Shown here: piece by piece, positions 38,556-49,799 of the stretch
How the letters are laid out: every line of letters begins with the position of its first letter
Position numbering within the stretch: position 1 is the stretch's first letter
Source of the DNA: Blepharisma stoltei ATCC 30299
Taxonomy: Eukaryota > Protista > Ciliophora
NCBI GenBank assembly: GCA_965603825.1
Contig: CBFDEM010000056.1
Coordinates: 907,848 to 971,847 of the forward strand
Direction: 5' to 3'
DNA length: 64,000 nt
Translations under genes and position numbers: made by a program
Notes under the pieces: generated by a model
Seen by the model: the letters and a program-made list of their open reading frames with translations, nothing else
The model's database searches: none
What the model was told of the DNA's origin: nothing

Positions 38556-38735
38556 TTAAGCCTTTACTTGCTCTTCCATCGCTTTAATAATAATAATATT
38601 CTTGGTTTCTTCCATCTTGCCATGGACCATCTTCCTATTCTTCCAAAAGCACCCTATAGCATCTAGATCTTCAAACGATGCTAAATAGTCATTTCCCTGG
38701 GCATCTCTTATTGGCTTAATTTCTCTTATTTTTGA
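38556..38735 (-). pseudogene. Orphan coding-like fragment
   Basis: Open frame SKIREIKPIRDAQGND..AMEEQVKA* with coding-like composition but no in-frame upstream ATG. Confidence 0.3.
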
Positions 38736-39216
38736 TTAAAAAAAATGTAGTAATCATTATAGCAAGAACTCTAACTATTAAATTTAACACAACTTGATTT
38801 CTTAAACATTAATTTATAAATTAAATTAAATTTTTCTTTCCAATCTTTAAAGATTTTGATTGTTTTAAATTAATTTTAATTTAATGTTAAAAGAACAGCA
38901 AAATATTGTTCGTTCTTAGCAGGAAGTAAATAGAATGTGGCTAACAATTAATAGAGCTATAAATATTATAGTAACTATTAGTGTTTTCATAATCTTTAAG
39001 GCATTTTTACGCTAATGAGATATCCACTGAATAGCATTCAAAATATTCTTAATAGTTTATTTCAAAATATTTATAAATATCTACTTCTGATCTTATCTAT
39101 TATAAATTCAAATTTTTCAAATTTATTGAAATTGTGAAAATAAAACTAAATTAGTTGTTTTACAAGATACTTTTACAGCTTTATTATAATTTAAGCTATC
39201 TATTTGCTTCTACTCC

Positions 39217-40377
39217 TTATTCCTCCATTTGTCTCATTTTAGAGATAAATCCCAAAACCACAGTGATGTCATCCACTCCATACCCTTCATGGCTTAGCCA
39301 TCTATCTTTCGCTAGCTCAGCAAGAGCTTCAGCTCCTTCTTTCGGGTTATCTTCATACCCAGCTACTAAATCGACAGCTTCTTGATCCTCAATAAACTCT
39401 CAAACCCCATCGCTACAAAGCAGCAGTACCTCATCACAAATTTTTAATTCTAAATCAATCAGCTGTGGTTTTGGAGAAACTCCCAAGCTCTGGGCGAGTC
39501 CATCGCCCAGAGTCCTTGAGGTTGCTAAGCCAGGAAAATGTTTTCCTTTGGCATAAATTCTATATAAAATTTCGTGAGGTAATTTTTTTACTTCACCTTT
39601 GCATGACTCAATTCTTTTTCTTTCTTCTACCAGTCATGGCTTATGGTCAGTTGTGATCCTAATAGCTTTAATGCCATTATCAAATTTCGAGCCAAGGACA
39701 GCTCGGGTATCGCCAACATGACCCACATAAAGGTGATCATTTCTCATTAGTAGGCTTGTAGCTGTGGTACCTGAGAGGACACTGTCAAATTCATTGTTTT
39801 TTTGTAACCCAATTTTATGTAATCGATCGTTTATTTCAGGGTAGCATTCGAAAAATGCAAATAAAGCGTCATAGTCGAATTTAGGATGGTCTATTAAGAG
39901 CTTTGGGAGAAACTTGTGGACGTAGTTTGAAATCTGATGGCCATCTTCGCCATGTCCATCAAATACTCCTAAATAAATAAAGCGTTTGTCCACTATTATA
40001 GAAAATTCGTCTTGGTTTGGCATTCTGGGCTTAAACCCTTTTTTACATGCCACACCAATTCCAAGTTTTTGTAAATAATTTTCTTGAGATATGTCAGTGT
40101 TTACAGTTATTTTTTTGTCTTCAAACTCTTTTTGAAGGCGTGAGCTCATGACTCCTTCGATTACTACCCGAGGGCAAGACATAGAAAAACTATTTTTCTC
40201 ATCTTCTTGGCTTGCAGAGGTCAGACGTTCAGTATTTTGTGACTCTTCTCGTGTTCTAAGGCTTTTAACCTTTTTATCAGAATAGGCTTTGCTAAGCATT
40301 CTTGATGAATCGTTCATAATAAAGTCTAGCTTGAGAATCTCTGGATTGACTTTTTCCTTAGTTATGCATGTTCCCAT
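39217..40377 (-). CDS. PP2C/PPM protein phosphatase
   Basis: MGTC N-terminus, NQDE, VFDGHG, SGTTA, VGDTRA, DHKP, LATSRTLGD, CSDGVW(TGA 39400-39402)E and DDITV. Confidence 0.93.
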
Positions 40378-41526
40378 TTTAATATTGCTTTGTAATATCA
40401 CCAATACTAACTGATGCTAATATTTATTATAACAGATAAATTTATTCTAGCACAATTCAAATGCCAAAGAAATTGAGATTTTAAATTAGAGATTTTTATC
40501 CATCAAATTGAAAAGAATTATGGACGACTTTTTATATTATTTAAAACATTTCGAAAATCATATTGCAATGATTAGAAAAATCGCAAATTTATTTTTTGGG
40601 TAAATAAAGATCGGGCGAATTTAAAGTGCAAAAAAAATTTAAATACTAATTTTTGAGTAGAAAATCAATTATTTAGCTGCTTATTGGCGGGTTATTTTCA
40701 TAAAAAAATATCATTTTTCAGATTTATATATTTATTGTTTTGCATGGAAATTAGAGCGCTTTTAAATTACTCTTTATGGTATTAGTATACTAAAAAATTA
40801 TTTTATAATAAAAATAATAATAAACTCTGTTTATTTAATGATGCTTATGGATTTTTACAATAAATAAAATTAGAAGTAATAATTTTTAAGTATAATTCAA
40901 AGAAAATTCTTCCAAATCTGCCATAAATCCTGCAACTCATATAAAAACACCAATCTCAATAAATGCATAATGATCAGAATAGCACATGATTCGTACATCC
41001 ATAATTAAGAACAGAATAAATAGTTTCAAATATTTATTTGAATTTAAGTGGCTGAGTTCAGTAATTTTATTATTTTCTAGCTCTTTATGCTTTCTTTTTC
41101 CTAAATATATTTATCGCTTATTTTTTGACATTTTCATATGCAAGAATGGTTAATGTTTCGATAATTTCAATGCAGTTTGCGTAAATTTAGTCTGTGCATT
41201 ATTTTTTTGATGATAATTAATTCTGAAAATACCAATCATATAAATTCTTTGAGCAGATTCAAAAATTTATGCTATCTTAGAAAATTTTGACCGGAAAAAT
41301 GCTAATTTTGCTATTAATTATAATTTTTAAACACCTACTTAAATATACTTTATATAGTTATGATTTCCAACTATAAATTAATTAAATATGTTTAAATGAC
41401 TAAAGTTGCATGCATCAAAATTCGAATTGGAAATCTAAACAAAAATTATATCGAATTTATAAGTAATACAAAAATATTAATTCCAAAAAGATCAATTTAA
41501 ATTACTAAAATTTTCTATTATAAAAA

Positions 41527-42249
41527 ATGTGGCGACGATTGTTTGCAGAAGGATTGTGCACATGTCTTCTATGTTTTACAATAGTAGTGAGCCATCTTAG
41601 ACTAATCTATATCCCAGGTGCCTATTACAGCGCATACTGTACCGCAGGAACTATAATGGCTCTCATGATTTTCTCTGGCTTTACCTCAGGAGCTCACTTT
41701 AACCCAGCTGCGACAGTTGGCTACTGCGTCTACAAGTTCATTAACTCATCAGTCGAAAAAGCTGATTTCATTGAATACGGCATGTACATTGTCGTCCAAT
41801 TTGTCTGCGCTATTCCTGGTGCCTATATAGGCTGGGCGATTAACGAAGAAACCATGTATTTTGACCTTCCTCATGATTATGATTCAATCTCAGCATTTTT
41901 AGCAGAAATGGTTTATACAACTTTAATTGTCGGCTGTGCACTGATGGTAGGTCATACAAATGACTCAATTGTCATTGTTTCCTCTGGTGTAGCTACTGCG
42001 CTGTTTGGAGGAGTTCTAGGAGTTGGACTTATTTCTGGTGCATGTTTTAATCCAGCAGTCGGGCTTGCAGCAAATCTAGTGCATTATTCTAATAAACAAG
42101 ATCACTTTGGACATACTTGGATCTATATAATCGCTCCATTATTAGGCGGAATTATTGCAGCTTTACTAAGCACAGTTTTTATTCAAGAAATGAACGACCA
42201 AAAGAAAAAGAAATCCATCCTCAGAGAAGAAAGCCAAGGCCAACAATAA
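41527..42249 (+). CDS. Aquaporin (MIP family)
   Basis: SGAHFNPA and SGACFNPA, hydrophobic TM helices, WIYIIAPLLG. Confidence 0.95.
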   Translation: MWRRLFAEGLCTCLLCFTIVVSHLRLIYIPGAYYSAYCTAGTIMALMIFSGFTSGAHFNPAATVGYCVYKFINSSVEKADFIEYGMYIVVQFVCAIPGAYIGWAINEETMYFDLPHDYDSISAFLAEMVYTTLIVGCALMVGHTNDSIVIVSSGVATALFGGVLGVGLISGACFNPAVGLAANLVHYSNKQDHFGHTWIYIIAPLLGGIIAALLSTVFIQEMNDQKKKKSILREESQGQQ

Positions 42250-42282
42250 TAGTTATAATTGCTTTAAAAAATCCTAATAATA

Positions 42283-43494
42283 ATGGAAACTGGGATAATC
42301 AGACTCCACAACGTTTATACAAGAGGAATTAACTTCTTCGGGGCTCTTGGGCTAAACAACCATTACCAAAATTCTGAAATCTTTGTCCCAGTCCCTACTT
42401 TACAAAGAATAGAAGCCCAAAATGTATATGCAAGCTATGCTCAATCTTTATGCTTAATGCAAAATAATGATTTACTTATATGAGGGTGGCCCCTTGACAT
42501 CAGATCCCAAATGCAAGTTTTATGAATGCTCAAAGACTATACCACTTTAGCCAAACTTATCCAAAAATACTCCCCATTTCCATGAATTAGTATCAGAGAA
42601 GGCGTCGAATCTCCTACAATTGCTGCAGAATTTCCAGGAAAATTGCAAAAAGTCAGCATTGGTGGAGCTTTTGTATTAGCCTGTGATGATGAAGGCAGAG
42701 CTTTTGCATGAGGAGACAACCATCGTGGACAATGTGGGACGGGCGAAGACACTCATACCTATCGTCCTTATCTAGCTAAATCTATACTTGACAAATTTGT
42801 AATTGACGTAAAAGCAGGCTACCAGCATTCTTTATTCCTGACTCATGATGGGGACGTCTATGCTACAGGCAGAAGCGCTAATTTCGCCATTGCAAAACCT
42901 CCATTCCGCAAAATAAACACACATGGATTTACCTCAGAACTTTACAAAATTCCTATAGAAAATATCACAAAAATTGCAGCTGGACAAAATCATTCTTTAT
43001 TTTTAAATGATATAGGAGAAGTGCTTGGTTGTGGGAAAAATAATTATGGCCAATGTGGGCAGGTTAGTACAAAATATTATGTAGAAGAGCCAACGAAAAT
43101 GTATATGCCTGAAAAAATAAAAGAAATTGCGTGTGGAAGTAAGCATTCTTTAGCATTGGGGGAAAGCGGGAAATTGTACTCGTGGGGATGCAAAATTTAT
43201 GGACAGGTTGATGGGCATAGGAATGGGATTTATCAGGAACAGTCCAGTCCTTTGCCGGTAGAAATTCCATCAGAGCATAAAATAGTAAAAATAACGGCAG
43301 CGTTCGACAGGTCAGGGGCGTGGCTGGAAAATGGAGAATTTTGGACTTGGGGAGGTGAGGACTGAAGGTATTTAGAAGGGGAGTTTTATGAGAATTTTAC
43401 GTTACTGAATTCTCTGCTGCCAAATTCCCAGGAAGAAATTGTTGATGTAGGGCTAGGATTTATTCACACATTAGTTATGACCACTTCCGTATAA
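42283..43494 (+). CDS. RCC1-repeat beta-propeller protein
   Basis: Continuous frame via TGAs: AW(TGA)GDNHRGQCG, AGYQHSLFL, AGQNHSLFL, ACGSKHSLAL, YSWG. Confidence 0.9.
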
Positions 43495-43648
43495 TATCTA
43501 AAACTTAATATTTATTGTGATAATTTTCACAGAGGAAAGCACAAATTTCTTTTTATAAGCTGAAAACCACAATTTTCATTAGAATTTAATACAAATATAT
43601 AAATCAAGATAAATTTTCTTAAAAAAAGCGTTAAAATATAAATTCAAA

Positions 43649-43963
43649 ATGGATTTTAATCGACCCATTGCAGAAAACAACAAAAGGCTTTACAATCCCC
43701 ATACAGGCACTCTGATGGAAGCAATAAAAAAAAGAAAACTTAATGCAGGAATAGAAAATATCATGCCATCTCCAGGTCTAATTGGACCTCCCCAAAAAGA
43801 TGCTGTCCCTTGGCCTCTTCCTCCTATTCCATGTATGGAAATTGAAAAGCTTGTACAAGAAAAAAAGCTTGCAGAGCAAGAAAGACAAGAACGAATTAAC
43901 CGGGCCACCTACCAAACTTCAAATTGCGGCCCAATTCGAGAAAAAATTATTCCTAATAGCTAA
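43649..43963 (+). CDS. Small hypothetical protein
   Basis: 104-aa ATG-to-TAA ORF after an A-rich leader. Confidence 0.6.
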   Translation: MDFNRPIAENNKRLYNPHTGTLMEAIKKRKLNAGIENIMPSPGLIGPPQKDAVPWPLPPIPCMEIEKLVQEKKLAEQERQERINRATYQTSNCGPIREKIIPNS

Positions 43964-44051
43964 TAAAATAATTTCCCTAAAATCGCCTTTTTTTAAAAAT
44001 TTTTCGTAAAGTGCAATCCAAATAACTTAATTTTTTAACAGAAATATTAAC

Positions 44052-44333
44052 ATGGGCACTTGTATGTCAAGAAGAATCCAAATCGAAAGAGTGTCAAAAC
44101 TCAGTGCATTAGAAGAAAAACAGAGGATTTCTGCTATGAGGCATTCAGTTTCTAAGAAGAAAATCAAGGAAGCCCCGATTTTAGATTTGAGTAAAAACCA
44201 ACTCTATGCCAAACGACAACACACTTTAGGTAAGAAAGCGGGAACCGACAAACCAATTGAAATTAAAAATAATGAGCAGCCTTCCAGCTGCGGACACAGC
44301 TCACAATCGACTCCCGCGTCAATTTCAGGTTAA
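44052..44333 (+). CDS. Small protein with a putative N-myristoylation/palmitoylation motif
   Basis: MGTCMS start; 93 aa. Confidence 0.65.
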   Translation: MGTCMSRRIQIERVSKLSALEEKQRISAMRHSVSKKKIKEAPILDLSKNQLYAKRQHTLGKKAGTDKPIEIKNNEQPSSCGHSSQSTPASISG

Positions 44334-44385
44334 TTTCATATGTAAATATTTAATTGATAAGAACCCATTTTTGTGAATTTTCCTA

Positions 44386-45093
44386 TTATACATTTTCAAA
44401 ATAAATCGATAAATCAGCTTTGCAGCAAGGACACTCTGGCTTTACGATTATCCATCTCTTAATGCATTCAGTGTGGTAAAGATGCCCACACTCAGGCAGT
44501 GCTGCAACTTTTTCTTTATTTTTAAACTCGTCAAAGCAGATGGCACAGGTGTCTTTTTCTTCTGTTTCTTTATATTTTACTATTCATTCCTCTACTTTTT
44601 TTAACTGGGGTCCTCTAATTCTGCTATAATCTGCGGTCGGCTGTAATAAAGGAGCTCTATTAAGCCTCATGGCTCTTCCCATGCGGAGATTTCATCTTCT
44701 CAATACAAAAGAAATCAAAAAACTTATGCAAGCGCTCATAAGTACAAAAAAACTGAACTCTTTGTCAGGCAGACAACTTTCACCATCTTCCATCACACGG
44801 CTGTAAAAAACAATTCCAATGACTCCTCCTGCTGTGGTTATTAGGAAATAAGCGAGTCTGAATAATAGAATGGTGAGCAATGACATTCTGCTTGAGTAAT
44901 AAATTACCAGTCTGCCAGAGATCATGATAAAGAAAAAGATCAGCATTCAGATTTGGACGGGGTAAGAACAACTGAATTTTTGTTACCTGAAATGAGATCA
45001 CTCTACACAAACATAGATAGTCCCTCCTAAGCAAAAAGCCAAAAATATAAAGTCGAGTCTATTTTATGATTACACAACTTGTCTAGGGTTCAT
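44386..45093 (-). CDS. Multi-TM RING-H2 E3 ubiquitin ligase (introns 45059-45073, 44972-44986)
   Basis: Spliced TM region followed by CAICFDEF..LPECGHLYHTECIKRWI..CPCC. Confidence 0.88.
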
Positions 45094-45160
45094 TTAATAA
45101 TTTTTATTTTACTATTAAATCTTTTAAATAATATAGTAATTTTAGAATTTTAAGTTTACT

Positions 45161-45310
45161 TTTGTGATGATTGCTTCGGCTGTCAAAATCAGAACGCCCA
45201 AAGCCGAAAATTCATCTGATCAAAGCTGTGTGGGGCCAGGTGCACAGCGGATGGGATATTCAAGAGTAGTAGTGGAAGCCACTCGTGAAGGAAGGGGAGT
45301 TATCTTATAG
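45161..45310. ncRNA. Candidate structured ncRNA of unknown class (alternatively a 47-codon ORF, 45167-45310, + strand)
   Basis: GC-rich island in AT-rich DNA. Box C-like GTGATGA and box D CTGA closed by TTTG/CAAA; stems TTCGGCT/AGCCGAA, GCTGTGT/GCACAGC and AGTGG/CCACT; T-run just downstream. Confidence 0.4.
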
Positions 45311-45675
45311 TATTTTTATAAATATGTAATATTATTTAGAGCCTGAAGTCGGTCTATAATTATCTTTATTAATTTTATGCTTTTCAGTTAAAATATTTGT
45401 AAAATTTTTTGGGATTTAAATAATTACATCTAATGCAATATGTTCTATAAATATCGATTTTTGATTTATATAATTCTTTGTATCTCATTTCATTTAAATA
45501 ATTTAATTCTTACATAATGTATCGCAGTTTTAGCTATCCTTTTAATATACTTCAATTGCTTCAAAAGTATTTTTGTGAATTATGATATTTAAATATATGA
45601 ACATAAATAACCAAATAATTGTCCAAGCTGTCTGCTTCTATATTTAATCATTAAGTTTGTTAAGAGTAATAACAT

Positions 45676-45758
45676 GGCTGTTTGCCCGAGGGGTTAAGGG
45701 GGCAGACTCAAGATCTGCTGGATGAAAGTCCGCATGGGTTCAAATCCCATAGCAGCCA
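45676..45758 (+). tRNA. trnL: tRNA-Leu (anticodon CAA)
   Basis: GGCTGTT/AGCAGCC acceptor stem, GCAGA CTCAAGA TCTGC anticodon arm, long variable arm, ATGGG TTCAAAT CCCAT T-arm and a downstream T-tract. Confidence 0.95.
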
Positions 45759-46039
45759 TCTTTTGTTTTTAATAAAATTTTATTATTTATTAGTCTAAAC
45801 ATCTAAAAAATTAAATATTCATCTGACCTCCTTATTCTTAATAATAAATAAAGTTTCTAATATATCATTTTGAAATTCAACATATTTAATATTTCCATAA
45901 TATTTTAATGCAAGATTCGATAGAAGATCAAGCCATTTTAGACTTTTCAATCTAAATAAAGAAAACCTATCTCTATTATGCAAAATATCGCAACTATCTA
46001 AATAATAATTTTCAAGATATTTATAATTGCTTAAATAAA

Positions 46040-46579
46040 ATGTTAGCAAAAGCTCTGAAAAGATATCTGCTGGTCGGCGATCGAATTCCAAATCTAACTC
46101 TGCAAATTGTGTATCAAGACAAAGTCTACTCAATGCCTATGGCTGATATCTTTTCAAATAAAAGAAACTTAATAATTGGACATCCAGGAGCATTTACTCA
46201 TTTCAGCACATATGAGCAGCTTCCTGAGTATCAAAATTATTTGTCAAAATTCAAAGCACTAGGTATCGAAAACATTTTTTCACTAAGCATTAATGATCAC
46301 TTCGTATTAAAGAAATATTCAGAAAAATATAACATAGGAATCCCAATGATCTCAGATTTCAAAGGCGATTTTGTAAAGAATCTAGACTTAGCTTTATCTG
46401 AAGAAGAATTTTTTACAGCCACTTGCAGAAGAACAGCAATTATAATAGACGATATGGTAATATTAGGAGTATCTGCTGAAGATGACGTCCAATATACATC
46501 AAAAACCAAGCCTGAAACTATTGAAAAAATGCTGATTGACATTTATGAGCAGCCTGAGCTCGCTAAGAAACCAATATAA
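46040..46579 (+). CDS. Peroxiredoxin-5-like protein lacking the peroxidatic Cys; probably mitochondrial
   Basis: VGDRIP, PGAFTHFS (canonical PGAFTPxC), SINDHFV, ISDFKGDF; basic presequence-like N-terminus. Confidence 0.85.
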   Translation: MLAKALKRYLLVGDRIPNLTLQIVYQDKVYSMPMADIFSNKRNLIIGHPGAFTHFSTYEQLPEYQNYLSKFKALGIENIFSLSINDHFVLKKYSEKYNIGIPMISDFKGDFVKNLDLALSEEEFFTATCRRTAIIIDDMVILGVSAEDDVQYTSKTKPETIEKMLIDIYEQPELAKKPI

Positions 46580-46730
46580 AAATAATAATTACCTTTATTC
46601 TCCTATTTCAGCATAAGATTAGTTTCAGCTTGCTTAAATAAGATGATATTCATTTTTTGATGTAAATTTAATCAAAATCTTAACATTTATCTTAGAAGAA
46701 TCTATCTCTTAAATTAATGGCTATATAAAA

Positions 46731-47585
46731 ATGCTATCCAAGGCCGTTCAGGCTATTCGAAAATTTTCAGCGCAGCCTTACAACCCTATGAAGTATCTCC
46801 AAAGCTACATTCCCACTAAAATGCCTACAAAAGAAGAAATCGAAGAAGGAGTGAAGACAGCCCATGAAAATGCAGGCATGCTCGTGCACAACGTTCGTCA
46901 CATCAATCCATTGCGTCAATCAGGTCCTATTCCTGCTTTTGATGGTCCTTTTTCGATGGAAGATATTTTACAAAATTCCTATCAAGAATACTTCAAGATA
47001 AACGACATTTGCTACCCTTCAACTGATGCTGAAGAAATCATGAGACGCGTCCCAGGAGTGACCAGAGAAGAGGCTGAATATATAAGGTCTCTTGGTTTCA
47101 CACCTGATGACGAAGTAGAACTCGCCTATTGGTACAAGACTATTGGCTTTGACATTTATTACCCTCTTAATAATACTTATGTAGCAAGACAAGTCTTGAC
47201 CAACTCAAAAGGCGAAAAAGTAGAAGTTATGTGGCCGTATATGGCTTGGGAAGACTGCAATGAACTGTCAGTCGACACCGCACTACAAGATATGCCTTAT
47301 TATACAATTAGACATTGGGAAGCTTACTCTGGTGATGAATGGTATAAGTATGTAAACAACCAAGATTTGGGTGTCCCTGATACCTGGTTTGAATATGATA
47401 AAAATACCAGATATTTGCTGCAGATGGTACAAGATCAGCTGGAAGAGCTACCTGATAGCAAGAGACCTTGGCCAAGTCCTAAAAACCCACATTGTCGTAG
47501 CTTGTTTACTAATGATCAAGAGAAAAACGCTGAAATGTCTGAAATGGCAAAACCAGACTGGAAGCACCGGTCTCCAGATGAGTAA
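46731..47585 (+). CDS. Mitochondrial protein, possibly a ciliate-specific respiratory-chain accessory subunit
   Basis: Presequence MLSKAVQAIRKFS. Motifs RHINPLRQSGP, EEIMRRVPG and TNSKGEKVEV are recalled from a Tetrahymena respiratory-complex subunit (unverified). Confidence 0.6.
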   Translation: MLSKAVQAIRKFSAQPYNPMKYLQSYIPTKMPTKEEIEEGVKTAHENAGMLVHNVRHINPLRQSGPIPAFDGPFSMEDILQNSYQEYFKINDICYPSTDAEEIMRRVPGVTREEAEYIRSLGFTPDDEVELAYWYKTIGFDIYYPLNNTYVARQVLTNSKGEKVEVMWPYMAWEDCNELSVDTALQDMPYYTIRHWEAYSGDEWYKYVNNQDLGVPDTWFEYDKNTRYLLQMVQDQLEELPDSKRPWPSPKNPHCRSLFTNDQEKNAEMSEMAKPDWKHRSPDE

Positions 47586-48102
47586 GTCTAACTTAATATT
47601 AAGTTATGAAAAATTATTTTTAATTGATTGGTAAACTGAATGCCGAATTGCTCTACTAGTCAGTTTATTATAAAAGTCAACAATTGTTAAATTTATTTTT
47701 GTAAATAACAAATATATTGAAGCATGAAAAATTAACATAACGCATAATAATCCGTGTATAATTTTATTTGAAAAATAAAGGTTCTGTTGAATAATTCATT
47801 TATATGGTTGAAACATAAACCCAATTAAAAAAAATTAAATCAATTCCTATTATACTTAAAAATATCAACTCTAATTTGATTATTAAACTATCAAAAATTA
47901 GGCTGTTTAAATAATCACATTTATAAGCACATTCCAAAACAAATAAATGTCAACCCTATAAGCTGGATTTTCCAATCTCCAGTTATATATATCTCTTTTC
48001 ACCATAATTTCTAAGTTTTTTCTTATCAGAGCCCTACTACTTTTTTAAGAAAAATTCTTCCACTTTTTTATTCTTATAAAATTCAATTTATATAATTATC
48101 AA

Positions 48103-49767
48103 ATGGAAAGGTACAAAATTTTGAAAACTGTTGGCGATGGCACTTTCGGGACTGTCTATAAAGCAGTCAATAAATCAAACGGTGAAGTCGTAGCTATCAA
48201 AAAGATGAAAAAGAAATTCTACAACTGAGATGAATGTCTCGCCCTTCGAGAAATCAAATCATTGCGAAAACTGTCTCATCAAAATATAATTAAGATGAAA
48301 GAAGTGATCCGTGTCAACGACGAGCTGCACTTAGTCTTCGACTATTTGGACCAAAATGTATATGAACTCATTAAAGGTAGATCTGATTACCTGCCTGAAT
48401 CTCAAATTCGGTCCATTATGTATCAAACCTTCCTAGGACTGGCTTATATGCATAAACAAGGATTTTTCCACAGAGACCTGAAGCCAGAAAACCTTATGGT
48501 CCACCAAGAGATATGCAAAATCGCTGACTTTGGACTTGCAAGAGAAATTAGGAGCAAGCCGCCGTATACAGATTACGTAAGCACCAGGTGGTATAGAGCG
48601 CCAGAAATTCTGCTGAGGAGTACAAATTATAATTCTCCTGCTGATATTTTTGCGATGGGATGTATAATGGTTGAGCTTTATAATTTAAGACCTCTAGCTC
48701 CAGGTAATAACGAAAATGACCAAATGTTTAAATTTTGTACAGCATTAGGAACGCCTTCTCCTTCTGATTGGGCTGAAGGGTATCGTCTCGCTTCACAGAT
48801 GGGTTATCATTTTCCTCAAGCTACTGCAGTTCCATTGAGAACTTTAGTTCCTGGTGCTTGTAGTGAAGCTTTGTCTTTATTAGAACAACTATTAACTTGG
48901 AATCCTCAAAGCAGGCCGACAGCTTCAGACTGTCTCCAACACCCTTATTTCACTAATTACCAGCCAATTTTGTCAGGTCAGCCTACTCCTCAAGCAGAAG
49001 ACCCAACTTCTCGAGGAAATATAGAAAGTAGAGGAAAAGGACTGCCTTCAGCTTTTCGTAGAACTAATTCAAAATGGTCGCAGGGAAGCTCTAGAATTGG
49101 TGGGGGAAGCTCTAAAGGAAAATGAAATATCAAGGCAAATATCCCAGTTGTCGATAAAAAAGATTTTGTGTTACCAAAATTGCCTGAGGTTGCAGAATTA
49201 TCAAACTTTGGAGTTGCTAAAAGAAATCCTCCTAATAAATATATGCCTGAAAATAATGCACAAGGACTGTCAGGGCAACAGCGAGAAGATTTATACCTGC
49301 CACCAGTTGTAAACCCAGGGTCTGGAAAAATGCTGCCGTCAGTTTATGATAGACAGCCACCAAAAGACTTCAGCATATACAATCCTCCCTCAAATTTTGC
49401 CTTAGATAGACAGCCGCTACGAGAATTCGGCGAAAAAAATCCTAACAATAAGCCACGCGATTTTTCAATTGACAGACAAGACTACGATATCTATGGAGTA
49501 AAAGGCCAAAATAACTATTCGCATGACAAAAACACGCCAGGAGAACGATATCCATCTGGAAATGGAGGTTTAGGTCGAGGATTTTTAGACAAACTGCCTA
49601 AGTACAACCCTCCAGCATTTCCATATATGAACCAGCCGAAAAAGCTTCCGCCTGTAGGAGGGCTTTCTGGGATAGGAAGCAATATTATGGGGTCTAAAAT
49701 GCAGATGCAGCCCAGAGGAATGCAGAAAGCGTCTATGCTGCCAGCTCTTGGAAGACATCGATATTAG
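48103..49767 (+). CDS. MAK: MAK/ICK (RCK family) kinase
   Basis: [23 protein letters not shown](TGA 48226)[24 protein letters not shown]; long disordered tail read through TGA 49123. Confidence 0.95.
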
Positions 49768-49799
49768 TTTAGTATGTAAATTCATTAAATAATGATTAT

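Noticed and set aside
45161-45225. SECIS-like ATGA..AA..TGA hairpin
   Set aside because: It is not in the 3' UTR of any same-strand gene, the spacing does not fit, and no Sec-type UGA is nearby.
47948-47960. TGTCA followed by ACCCTA, resembling the ciliate telomerase RNA template-boundary motif
   Set aside because: Only 6 nt match the repeat; a template needs more than one full CCCTAACA unit.
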